A stretch of 64,000 nucleotides of DNA from Nitrospira sp. (GTDB lineage: Bacteria > Nitrospirota > Nitrospiria > Nitrospirales > Nitrospiraceae). The position numbers were made by a program, and so were the translations under genes. Location: contig SWDS01000006.1 of the NCBI GenBank assembly GCA_005116745.1, forward strand, positions 473,708-537,707, given 5' to 3'. Below the pieces are notes generated by a model. It saw nothing but the letters and a program-made list of their open reading frames with translations. It did no database searches and had not been told where the DNA came from. Positions 27,523-36,265 of the stretch are shown here, one piece after another (the stretch's first letter is position 1; the number at the start of each line of letters is the position of its first letter).

Positions 27523-28176
27523 CTAGGAAGAGGAGGAGATGGGAAGTGCGACGGCATCTCGCAATTCGGCATAGACTTTCATGAGGCGGCTGTCTTCAAG
27601 CCGATACGCAAGGGCCATCGTGACGAGTCCAAAGGCCAGCACAAGGGCGGCGAGAGCAATGACCGTGACACCCGTGAGGGTTCCCCCCAGTGAAGCGAAT
27701 CCTCCGTCCAGGGCATATTGCACCACGAAGGTCAGGGACCCGATCAAGACGACCGCAAACCATAGGAGCGTCATGATGGTTGACGACCACGGCATCCGCT
27801 TCACGCACAGCGTGTTCAGCGACTGATCCTGTGGCGAAAGATGAATCAGCCCTTTCACCGGCCAGGCGGTCCTGAACCGCCTGGAGAACAATCGATACTG
27901 GGGGCGGATTGCAATTTGGGAGAGCTGTGGATAAAACCAGGCCACTCCATGCGGAAGCATCAGCACCCCTTCGGGCGTGAACCGATCGTCTAGGGTTGTG
28001 AGCGCGGCTCCAGGCCACTGGTCCGGATTGCTTGCGACACGGCACCCGTACCGAATGGCGTCCGGGGTCAGCCGAATAAAATACAGCCAATCACCGACGA
28101 TCAGTCCGATAAATAAGAGCCCTGCGAAGAGGCCCGCCAGTATCATACATGTAGCTATCACATAGGAACGAGCCAT
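27523..28176 (-). CDS. Hypothetical membrane protein
   Basis: One N-terminal TM helix, a soluble loop and two C-terminal TM helices. Confidence 0.75.
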   Translation of the reverse strand: MARSYVIATCMILAGLFAGLLFIGLIVGDWLYFIRLTPDAIRYGCRVASNPDQWPGAALTTLDDRFTPEGVLMLPHGVAWFYPQLSQIAIRPQYRLFSRRFRTAWPVKGLIHLSPQDQSLNTLCVKRMPWSSTIMTLLWFAVVLIGSLTFVVQYALDGGFASLGGTLTGVTVIALAALVLAFGLVTMALAYRLEDSRLMKVYAELRDAVALPISSSS

Positions 28177-28262
28177 GAATCAAGGCGGGTAAGCCCCACA
28201 TGACCGATAGTACCCATATGTCATTGGGACAGCATTTCTTCCTCAGATCTCGCAAGAATCTG

Positions 28263-28292
28263 TTGACTCGCTGAAGAGAGATTGGCTACAGT
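28263..28292 (+). promoter_or_regulatory. Sigma70-like promoter upstream of the methyltransferase
   Basis: TTGACT-N18-TACAGT. Confidence 0.55.
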
Positions 28293-28422
28293 ACCGGCGA
28301 CGCCGTTCCGGGCGGGCCGTGTACCGTGTAGATTTCCCGCCTCAATTTCCCCCCCCCGCGTCGCCATGGCGGTTTGCCGCCTCTGACAGAGTGAGGATTG
28401 CAGAGAGCGAATTGTGTGAAGT

Positions 28423-29139
28423 TTGGAGGAGAGCATGGATCCCATCAAGATTGAACGTGTCTACACCTCCTACGCGGGGTTCTACGACAAAGTGTTTGGG
28501 AAAGTGTTCCATGAAGGGCGTGAATCAGTCGTTCGGAATCTCAATGTACAACCCGATGAACAGATTCTCGAAGTCGGTGTGGGGACTGGACTTGCGCTTC
28601 CCATGTACCCTCGCCATTGCCGCATTATTGGGATCGACGTATCCGAAGGAATGTTGGCTAGGGCACGGGAGAAGGCGGAAACTCACTCCCTCGACCACGT
28701 CCAGCTTCACCGCATGGATGCAGGCGCGATGGAATTCGAGGATGATAGCTTCGATACGGTTGTGGCGGCCTATGTCGTCACGGCGGTGCCAGACTATCGA
28801 ACGGTGGTCAGTGAGATGATTCGGGTTTGCCGTCCCGGTGGCCGTATTATCATGCTCAACCACTTCAGCAATGGCAACAAGGTGATCAATGCGATGGAGC
28901 GAGTGATCTCGCCGTTGACCAAGCACCTGGGGTGGCGGACCGATCTGTCGCTTAGTACCGTGTTGGAAGGGACGTCGCTCCGCATCGCTCGCAATCAACG
29001 GGTGAATCCATTACGGCTTTGGGCCTTGGTGGAGTGCATCAACGGCAAGGGCCAGCGGACTAACGGGAATGGCACGGCACGCCCTGCCTCAGGGTATGTG
29101 AACGGCAACGGACGTTACTCCCCCGAGCACGTACACTAA
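28423..29139 (+). CDS. Class I SAM methyltransferase, phosphatidylethanolamine N-methyltransferase PmtA-like
   Basis: Y..YAGFYDKVFG, ILEVGVGTGL, GID.SEGML, MDA..MEF.D.SFD.VVA.YVV..VPD, CRPGG.I..LNHF; GGAGGAG RBS. Confidence 0.88.
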   Translation: MEESMDPIKIERVYTSYAGFYDKVFGKVFHEGRESVVRNLNVQPDEQILEVGVGTGLALPMYPRHCRIIGIDVSEGMLARAREKAETHSLDHVQLHRMDAGAMEFEDDSFDTVVAAYVVTAVPDYRTVVSEMIRVCRPGGRIIMLNHFSNGNKVINAMERVISPLTKHLGWRTDLSLSTVLEGTSLRIARNQRVNPLRLWALVECINGKGQRTNGNGTARPASGYVNGNGRYSPEHVH

Positions 29140-29162
29140 TCAGCGTTCCCCCTCATCGCTGC

Positions 29163-29981
29163 TTATCGACTGTGTCGTGTCTGGAGTTCCCGAATCAACC
29201 ATCCCTCCCATTCACGACCGGGGATGATCGTTGTACCGACGAGACAGTCACCGACGAACTGTTGAGTGATTTGATCAGCCAGCACTTCGAGGATCCGGCT
29301 CATCCGCCGATCCTGAATCCCCATCACCCGTAGCATCAGACCAAAGCCTTGCCCCTCCAGTGGACCATAGCCCAGGACGTGGACCCTATGCTCCTCGCTG
29401 GCGGTAGAGTCGCCTGCTGGAATCAGATCGCCTTCCCACTGCACCGCCGGATGAATCGCGACTGTCCGCGTCGCGTCACGCCATGTGCACGGCAGACCGG
29501 CTCGATCCAGTTGGTGTAACAGCCACTCCACCGTGGGGCCTTCGGTCGCTCGGCCTTGGAATATCCATCGAGCGAACTCGGCCGCCTGATCGGCCGTCAC
29601 GAATGGCGTGGCGATTTCATCCAGAGCGGCCTCATCGCACACCACGTAGAGCTCTCCCTGGGGATCGAACCAGAAGCGCATTTTCCCCGCAGTGAACTCC
29701 GTCTGGATCACGCCAAGGGATGAACAATCAGTCCCATCTTGTTCGAAGACGGAGAAATCCGTGACGCCGGTCATCGTGAGCTTGGCGACTCGGACGTATC
29801 CGCGAACCTCATAACGGATCGTGAGCGAGATGGTCGTACCGGCCGGTACTTCCCGTGTAGAGCCTTCGTCGAACAGACGGCGTTTGGAAATCTGCAGGTC
29901 GGTCACATATCCTGAGCGAAAACCGCCTGTATGCCCGATGAACCACCGAAGGTCTTCCACGTTCTTAATGGAGTGCTTCAT
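29163..29981 (-). CDS. Hypothetical two-domain protein
   Basis: Long ORF with protein-like composition; start probably ATG 29981 (MKHSIKN). Confidence 0.75.
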   Translation of the reverse strand: MKHSIKNVEDLRWFIGHTGGFRSGYVTDLQISKRRLFDEGSTREVPAGTTISLTIRYEVRGYVRVAKLTMTGVTDFSVFEQDGTDCSSLGVIQTEFTAGKMRFWFDPQGELYVVCDEAALDEIATPFVTADQAAEFARWIFQGRATEGPTVEWLLHQLDRAGLPCTWRDATRTVAIHPAVQWEGDLIPAGDSTASEEHRVHVLGYGPLEGQGFGLMLRVMGIQDRRMSRILEVLADQITQQFVGDCLVGTTIIPGREWEGWLIRELQTRHSR

Positions 29982-29991
29982 ATGACAAATA

Positions 29992-30876
29992 CTAGTTCTG
30001 GTATGGAGACGTCTGCGACGCGTGTGCGCTCGTCCAGCACGATACCACAGCAGGACGCCGAGCACGCAACAAGGTTCTGACCTCGTAGGAGCCGTACCGT
30101 ATGAGGCCGACCTTCTCGCACCAGGCGGCAGCGATTGCCGCTTCGTCCCGGCCTTGGTTGACCATGACGAATAAACCGTGAGAGGTGAGATTGCGGACTA
30201 CCCGAGAAAACAATGTGTGTGGCGTTAACACTGAGAGCGGCATCCGCCAGGCCAGCACAGGGTCCGGCGTCACGAAGGGATACCACGCTGTGATGACGTC
30301 AGCCGGATGATCATAGCCGGCATAGTCGCCGACGACGAATTGTGTGTTCGGCAGGTCTTGGATATAGCCATGGGCATAGTCGAGGCGACTATACCCATTG
30401 GTGTAGATCCGGTACCCTTCCACTTCAACGCCGACCAGTTCCGATGGCTGAAAGAACGCATGCAAGGCGGCCGCATACCAGAAGTTACTCGACCCTATAT
30501 CCTGAACGGCTCCACCTACTGAATAGGATAAGCCGAGCGCCGACCAGGTTCGTTCCAGCACCTCAAGATAGTCGTATTGCTTCAGGGCCGTCGACTGTTC
30601 TGCCTGCTGTTCGAATCCTACACAGAAGCGTCGTTGGAGCGAGGCGATACGTGCTTGCTGAATGCCGCTCAGTTGAGAAAGCCGCCTGACCGGTCGTTCA
30701 CGATACGCTCCTCGTGACCAGGCGAATCGTTCCCCAAGGTGGTACCAGAATGCGTGATAGTGTGAGCGTACCCTCTGCTGAAACGAACAACGAGGAAGAG
30801 TATCCAGAGTAATTTGTGGGCAGGTCAGAGGGATATCGCACATCGTGGGGTCTACATCGGCAGCTGGAAGAGCCAT
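29992..30876 (-). CDS. Putative class I SAM-dependent methyltransferase-fold protein
   Basis: Motif I-like VQDIGSS, acidic motif II GVEVE, and ADVITAWYPF. Start uncertain. Confidence 0.6.
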   Translation of the reverse strand: MALPAADVDPTMCDIPLTCPQITLDTLPRCSFQQRVRSHYHAFWYHLGERFAWSRGAYRERPVRRLSQLSGIQQARIASLQRRFCVGFEQQAEQSTALKQYDYLEVLERTWSALGLSYSVGGAVQDIGSSNFWYAAALHAFFQPSELVGVEVEGYRIYTNGYSRLDYAHGYIQDLPNTQFVVGDYAGYDHPADVITAWYPFVTPDPVLAWRMPLSVLTPHTLFSRVVRNLTSHGLFVMVNQGRDEAAIAAAWCEKVGLIRYGSYEVRTLLRARRPAVVSCWTSAHASQTSPYQN

Positions 30877-30942
30877 GATATGTACTTGTCGGTCGGTCGA
30901 CGGAAGGGCTAAAGTCGGAAATGGGGGAGGAGAGGTAAATCG

Positions 30943-31465
30943 TCAGGCCCGAGCGAGGTGCTTTTGGTACACCATCAAGTCATTTGGAGAAAAACAACAA
31001 CATGTCTCTTCATAGACCGACGAAAGGCCGGCCATAGTGGTACGGACTGAGTCGATCGCCACGTTGGCAGCAAACTCGATGGGATAGCCGTAGATGCCGG
31101 TGCTGATGCTGAGAAAGACGATGGTCTGAGTTCTATTTTCGGTTGCGATCTCAAGACTGCGGCGATAACAGGAAGCGAGCTGTGCGGGTTTGCCATTGTT
31201 CCCACCCGTCCAGACCGGTCCGACGGCATGGATCACGTATCGAGCAGACAAACGATAGCCTCTCGTCAACGTCGCATCGCCTGTTGGACAGTCGCCAAGC
31301 ACACGACATTCCTGTGCCAATTCTGGCCCCGCTGCGCGATGGATTGTTCCGCACACCCCACGGACGGGGAGTAGAGAAGCATTGGCCGCATTTACAATAG
31401 CGTCAACGTTGAGTGTAGTAATGTCGGCGCAGATGACGAAAAGGACGTAGTAGTGGAGTCTTCAT
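30943..31465 (-). pseudogene. Macrodomain (YmdB-type O-acetyl-ADP-ribose deacetylase), frameshifted near the 5' end
   Basis: Frame reads ICADITTLNVDAIVNAAN...IHRAAGPEL...VIHAVGPVW...LASCY..SL...SISTGIYGYP. ATG 31465 is in a different frame that stops after 20 codons, and the macro frame has TGA upstream with no ATG. GGGVDG has decayed to VRGVCG. Confidence 0.7.
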
Positions 31466-31495
31466 TTGAGGCCCAAGTAATCAAAGCCTGCGGTC

Positions 31496-31708
31496 TTATA
31501 GCAGGGCTCTGAACTCATCAACACTCAGACCGGCGTCACGAACGATTCCACCCATGGTGATCGCATTGACGGGATTGTGGCGAGGGATGGTGAGGATGCG
31601 TTGTCCATTGCTCATCACGATATGCTTTCCTTGACGGGCGACACGAAAGCTGGCCTTTTCCAGGGCTCGCACGGCAGCGAGGTGATTGACTCCGGGAATC
31701 TTTGGCAA
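31496..31708 (-). CDS. hicA: HicA-family toxin (mRNA interferase)
   Basis: ALEKASF...RQGKHIVM......TIPRH......TMGGIVRDAGLS..EF; TTG start. Confidence 0.88.
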   Translation of the reverse strand: MPKIPGVNHLAAVRALEKASFRVARQGKHIVMSNGQRILTIPRHNPVNAITMGGIVRDAGLSVDEFRALL

Positions 31709-31710
31709 CG

Positions 31711-31908
31711 CTACACCGCGACTTCGATCTCGCGCACGTCTTGACCTCGGATTTCATCCTCAACGACGGACAAGTATTCGCGGATAGCATCCTGGATATT
31801 CTGAATAGCCTCCTGTTCCGATGCACCTTGGGACCAGCATCCAGGCAGGCCGGGAACAGAAACTGCGAAACCTTCCTCAGATTTGTGCAGGGCGATGCGG
31901 TATTTCAT
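31711..31908 (-). CDS. hicB: Short HicB-family antitoxin
   Basis: MKYRI.LHKSEEGFAVSVPGLPGCWSQG.SEQEA.QNI.DAI..YL; GAGGTG RBS. Confidence 0.9.
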   Translation of the reverse strand: MKYRIALHKSEEGFAVSVPGLPGCWSQGASEQEAIQNIQDAIREYLSVVEDEIRGQDVREIEVAV

Positions 31909-31973
31909 GCTCACCTCTTTCTGAGAATCTACCGTGGCCATTTGTGCAAAAAGCCTACACTTTGAGCCTAGCC

Positions 31974-32010
31974 GAAGATAGTGTATGTATCCCTCAGGCG
32001 AAAGTCCAGG
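31974..32010 (-). promoter_or_regulatory. 37-bp promoter module, copy 1 (upstream of hicB)
   Basis: Minus strand TGGACT-N17-TACACT; 29/37 identical to 34108-34144. Confidence 0.65.
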
Positions 32011-32099
32011 CTAGAGCCTTTTTGTTTCACTTGCCTCAGGTCAAACAGACGTCCAAAGATTGTCTGTTCCCAATATATTTACTTCGAAGGCCATCCCGC

Positions 32100-34055
32100 C
32101 TACGGATGATTGACCGCCACGATGACGGCAGACGGTGCGAGATTACGGATCTCCACGAACGCGGTGCCGTCGGAGTGGCGCCTGATGGGGAGCTGTGAGC
32201 CGACCGGATGGGCGATCCCAGCCGATGTTCCAGCCCCAGCCTCCATGCTATTCGCAACGACAGTAAACGCCATGTCAGGCTGGTTGAGATCTGCGTCTAC
32301 CATCACATCACCACCACGTATTTGAGTCCCATGGGCGTTGACAATGCACAAGGCCTCTTCATCACTGAGAATTCTTGACCATGCGACAAGTTCTCCAGCC
32401 TCTCGAAACAAGAATGGCCCGTCGAATAGCGAGATCGGTCGTAAATATTGCCGTCCTACGCGCAGCACCGGAAAGCGTTGGCGAATGGCAGCAAGGGCTG
32501 CAAGCCGGCGGTAGGCGTGAAAGTTTGGATCGAAGCAGTGGGCGCCCGCCGTTCCGAACGGTCCGAATCCCGGCAGGGTTCGGTCCAGTCCATTGGCTGC
32601 TGTCAAGCCTACAAGCCCGGAAGCCCGAGGATGCTCCGGGCCGAACATGGCTTCGCGCAGGTACCGATCGGCATGGTCACCACCCTTCCAGCCTGGAAGG
32701 AAACGCTGTTCCGACTCCTCAGGCCCGGCGAAGGATTGCTCCGTCCCATAATAAATGCAGGGAATACCCAGCGTAAACAGCTGTAACGCCACGCCGGCGA
32801 CAACCTGTTCTTCCGAGGCTGCTTCGCTGGAGAAGCGGATCTTGTGACCGAACACATGGTCGTGATCGTCCAGGATGGAGACATGCCGCTGACCGATATT
32901 CCGATGCGATCCCATCTCCGCTGTGCCGGCATCGAAGCCATCGAAGTATGTCTGCGGAGGTGCCAGCCCCTTCGCCACATTCTGAAGCGTCATCCGCATC
33001 CCGCCGATATCGAGAGCTGCATCAAGATTGCGTCCAAGCACATCAAGGTAGCGATCTTGCGCAAAGTCACCCCCCGCGATTTCCCCTACGAGCAAAAAGT
33101 TAGTTTTGCCAAGATTCGCAGAGAACTCCTTGATGGCACCGCAGAAATTTCGCCCCTCCTCGTAGGACACATGTTTCAACGTATCAATGCGGAAACCATC
33201 GCAATCCGTCAGGGCAATCCAGTAGCGATAACAAGCCGCCAGATGATCAAGGACCCCCGGCGCACTGAGCGAGAAATCCCGTAGCGTGAAAAAGTCCGTT
33301 CGCTTGTGCTCCGCATTCGGATCGTCCAGGCTGCCGCCCCCGAGATTTCCAACGCCTGCCCGAGTATAGGAATCGATGGCCTGCATCTCAGCCGGCCAGA
33401 CTCCGGCCTCATGGTCATCCACATGGTTGCCGATTTCTTCCCCGCTCCGGCCCAGCCATGAACCGAATGGGTAGCGATCCGGAAACGGTTTGTAGACAGG
33501 TTCCTTGACCCCTCCTGGATAGACCCAATTGAACCCGGAATGGTTGAAAATAATGTCCAGGATGATCCGCATGCCACGAGCGTGCGCCGCCTCGACGAGG
33601 GCGACCAGATCGTTTCTCGTGCCGAATCGAGGATCGACATCTAAGAAATGTTGAATGCCGTAACCATGAAACGTATTAAGGTGACCGCGCTGCTTAAATA
33701 TGGGGCTCAGCCAGAGTGCCGTGACACCCAGGTCCTGCAGATACCCAAGCTTGGATTCCACACCTTTCAGCGTTCCCCCTTGCCACCGATGCGCGCCGGA
33801 TTCGGCCCAGCGATCCCATCGCCACGGTTGTCGGTGGTGCCCGAGAGGTCGAAATGTCGTGCGACGGGTACGATCAAGGAGAGGCCTGGATGCCTCCTGC
33901 CCATCGCTGAATCGATCGACGAGGAGAAAGTAGAGGACTTCGTCGCGCCAGTCTCCTGGCGACGAGTGAAACTTTACGCGTCGTGGCAAGGCGATGTCTG
34001 TGAGGTTCCGAGGTACTGGCTGACTAAGGAGAGTTTGAGCAGCGGGAGTAGGCAT
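32100..34055 (-). CDS. GH13 alpha-amylase-family glycosidase
   Basis: LYFLLVDRFSDG, GG.LKG...KLGYLQDLG..A.WLSP, YGI..F..VDPRFGT, LDIIFNH, GFRIDTLKH, GEI, LDDHD, GIPCIYYGTEQ; no signal peptide. Confidence 0.95.
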   Translation of the reverse strand: MPTPAAQTLLSQPVPRNLTDIALPRRVKFHSSPGDWRDEVLYFLLVDRFSDGQEASRPLLDRTRRTTFRPLGHHRQPWRWDRWAESGAHRWQGGTLKGVESKLGYLQDLGVTALWLSPIFKQRGHLNTFHGYGIQHFLDVDPRFGTRNDLVALVEAAHARGMRIILDIIFNHSGFNWVYPGGVKEPVYKPFPDRYPFGSWLGRSGEEIGNHVDDHEAGVWPAEMQAIDSYTRAGVGNLGGGSLDDPNAEHKRTDFFTLRDFSLSAPGVLDHLAACYRYWIALTDCDGFRIDTLKHVSYEEGRNFCGAIKEFSANLGKTNFLLVGEIAGGDFAQDRYLDVLGRNLDAALDIGGMRMTLQNVAKGLAPPQTYFDGFDAGTAEMGSHRNIGQRHVSILDDHDHVFGHKIRFSSEAASEEQVVAGVALQLFTLGIPCIYYGTEQSFAGPEESEQRFLPGWKGGDHADRYLREAMFGPEHPRASGLVGLTAANGLDRTLPGFGPFGTAGAHCFDPNFHAYRRLAALAAIRQRFPVLRVGRQYLRPISLFDGPFLFREAGELVAWSRILSDEEALCIVNAHGTQIRGGDVMVDADLNQPDMAFTVVANSMEAGAGTSAGIAHPVGSQLPIRRHSDGTAFVEIRNLAPSAVIVAVNHP

Positions 34056-34107
34056 GTAAGACCGCTCATGTGTTCGGGTGAGAGATTCTTTGCTTGCTGC
34101 GTCCGTA

Positions 34108-34144
34108 GAGGACAGTGTATGTATCCAGTTAGCAAAAGTCCAGG
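34108..34144 (-). promoter_or_regulatory. 37-bp promoter module, copy 2 (upstream of GH13)
   Basis: Minus strand TGGACT-N17-TACACT; direct repeat of 31974-32010. Confidence 0.65.
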
Positions 34145-34183
34145 TTCTGACGCTCGGTCACGATCATTCATCCGGACGCGTAC

Positions 34184-34870
34184 ATGACAAAGGCCATCTG
34201 TCTCCAACACGTTCCCTTTGAAGGTCCGGGAGCTTTTGCAACGGCTCTTGCCAAGCGTGGCGTGAGCCTTGAATATTCTCTCGTCCCGAAGGAAGGCGTG
34301 CCTCACGATACGGGGGATCTCCTGATTGTGATGGGCGGGCCGATGTCAGTGAATGATTCTGACGCATGGATTGCCGAAGAGGCCGCCTTCATCAGATCTG
34401 CGCTTCTGTCCAACAAGCCGGTGATCGGCGTGTGTCTAGGGAGCCAGTTCATGGCAAAGGCGCTCGGTGCGACGGTGAGATCAGGCAAGGCATTGGAGAT
34501 CGGTATGACACCGGTTCGTCTCACTGATGATGGAAAACAAGATCCAGTGTTTGGCGCTGCGCCTGAGGCATTCGAGGTTTTTGAATGGCACGGGGAAATC
34601 TTCGACTTACCCCGTGATTGTGTCTCGTTGGCTGGATCCGAGATTGCGCCACTGCAGGCGTTTCGCTATGGAGATCGTGCCTACGGCCTTCTCTTTCATT
34701 TAGAGATGGAAGAGACGGGAATCGACTCATTGTGCCGAGAATGTGCCCCGGATTTGATGAAAGCGCATCGTGCTGCACAGGAGGTCAAAGCCACCGCGTT
34801 GCCGCGGCTCCCACAACTTCATGAAATGGCTGATCGACTCATCGGCCATCTTCTTAACCCTACACGTTGA
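34184..34870 (+). CDS. Type 1 glutamine amidotransferase (GMP-synthase GAT-like)
   Basis: QHVPFEGPG, MGGPMSV, GVCLG.Q, WHGE.F.LP, LFHLE. Confidence 0.92.
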   Translation: MTKAICLQHVPFEGPGAFATALAKRGVSLEYSLVPKEGVPHDTGDLLIVMGGPMSVNDSDAWIAEEAAFIRSALLSNKPVIGVCLGSQFMAKALGATVRSGKALEIGMTPVRLTDDGKQDPVFGAAPEAFEVFEWHGEIFDLPRDCVSLAGSEIAPLQAFRYGDRAYGLLFHLEMEETGIDSLCRECAPDLMKAHRAAQEVKATALPRLPQLHEMADRLIGHLLNPTR

Positions 34871-34998
34871 TTGCCAGCGTTGCTCTGAAGTAACCTAACG
34901 CATTCAGTTTGAACGTGTAACAGTGAGAAGGTTCTTTCCGCATGTTCTAACTTTGTCACGTTCCAATATGTGAATTCATCTCGAAAGGAGCCAAAGGA

Positions 34999-36174
34999 AT
35001 GGCCGGTTTTCCGATCGAAGTTGCCACACGCATCAAGACGCTGCCTCCCTATTTGTTTGCCGCGATCGATAAGATGAAGCAGGAGGCCATTGGCCGGGGA
35101 GTCGATATCATCAATCTCGGGATTGGTGATCCAGATTTGCCGACTCCGACTCCGATTATCGACAGTTTGGCGAAAGCAGCGAAGGACCCCAAGCACCACC
35201 AGTACCCCTCCTATGAAGGTATGTTGTCTTTCAGGAAAGCCGTGGCTGGTTGGTACAAACGCCGTTTCAATGTGACGCTTGATCCAGCGAACGAGGTCCT
35301 CGCGCTGATCGGTTCGAAAGAAGGGATCGGGCACATTCATCTTGCCTTTGTCGATCCCGGCGATATCGTGTTGGTTCCCAGCCCCGGCTATCCGGTGTAT
35401 CCCGTCGGTACCGGATTTTCAGGCGGTGTGTCGCATCTCATGCCGCTGACAAAAGCCAATGGATTCCTGCCGGATCTGAATGCGATCCCAAAGGATGTGG
35501 CTAGGAAAGCCAAGCTGATGTGGCTGAACTCTCCGAATAATCCGACGTCCGTGATTATGACGAAGGACTACTTTAAGCGGGCCATCGAGTTCGCAGGGGA
35601 TAATCAGATCATCATCTGCCACGACGCGGCCTACTCGGAAATCTACTACGATGGTGCGCGCCCATCGAGTTTTATGGAAGTAGATGGTGCCAAGGACGTC
35701 GGCGTGGAGTTCCACTCGCTCTCGAAGACGTACAACATGACCGGCTGGCGTCTGGGATTTGTCGTCGGTAACAAGGATGTTTTGGCAGGCCTCGGCAAGG
35801 TGAAGAGCAACCTCGACTCAGGCTGTTTTGAGGCGGTTCAAGAGGCCGGCATTACCGCGTTGGGCTTGGACGACTCTGTCACCGACGGCATCCGAAGGAT
35901 CTACCAGGAGCGCCGCGATACGCTCATTCCTGGACTCAAGCAGCTGGGACTGGAAGTGGATGCGCCACCCGCCGCTTTCTATATCTGGGTGACGGTGCCG
36001 AAGGGCTACACCTCTACGTCCTTCACCGCCCATCTGCTGGAAAAAGCAGGGATCGTGACGACGCCGGGCAACGGCTTTGGCGCACCGGGCGAAGGCTATA
36101 TCCGCATGACGGTCTGCACGACCAAAGAGCGGTTAGCGGAAGCAGTCGAGCGGATCAAAAAAGTGGGATTCTAA
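34999..36174 (+). CDS. dapL: LL-diaminopimelate aminotransferase
   Basis: R...LPPYLFA.ID, LGIGDPD.PTP, GSKEGI, PGYPVY, NSPNNPT, HDAAYSE, SLSKTYNMTGWR, TPGNGFG..GEGY.R. Confidence 0.85.
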   Translation: MAGFPIEVATRIKTLPPYLFAAIDKMKQEAIGRGVDIINLGIGDPDLPTPTPIIDSLAKAAKDPKHHQYPSYEGMLSFRKAVAGWYKRRFNVTLDPANEVLALIGSKEGIGHIHLAFVDPGDIVLVPSPGYPVYPVGTGFSGGVSHLMPLTKANGFLPDLNAIPKDVARKAKLMWLNSPNNPTSVIMTKDYFKRAIEFAGDNQIIICHDAAYSEIYYDGARPSSFMEVDGAKDVGVEFHSLSKTYNMTGWRLGFVVGNKDVLAGLGKVKSNLDSGCFEAVQEAGITALGLDDSVTDGIRRIYQERRDTLIPGLKQLGLEVDAPPAAFYIWVTVPKGYTSTSFTAHLLEKAGIVTTPGNGFGAPGEGYIRMTVCTTKERLAEAVERIKKVGF

Positions 36175-36182
36175 TTCTAACT

Positions 36183-36261
36183 AGTAAGAGGGTGAAGGGT
36201 AAGGGGTGAGGCGAAAAGATACGGAGTTCGGCCCCTTACTCCTTACCCCTCACTCTTAACT
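36183..36261. repeat. Inverted repeat built of degenerate 7-mers
   Basis: Left arm has GGGTGAA/GGGTAAG/GGGTGAG units; right arm has the complementary CCTTACT/CCTTACC/CCTCACT units; 17/20 match over the core. Confidence 0.7.
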
Positions 36262-36265
36262 CGCT

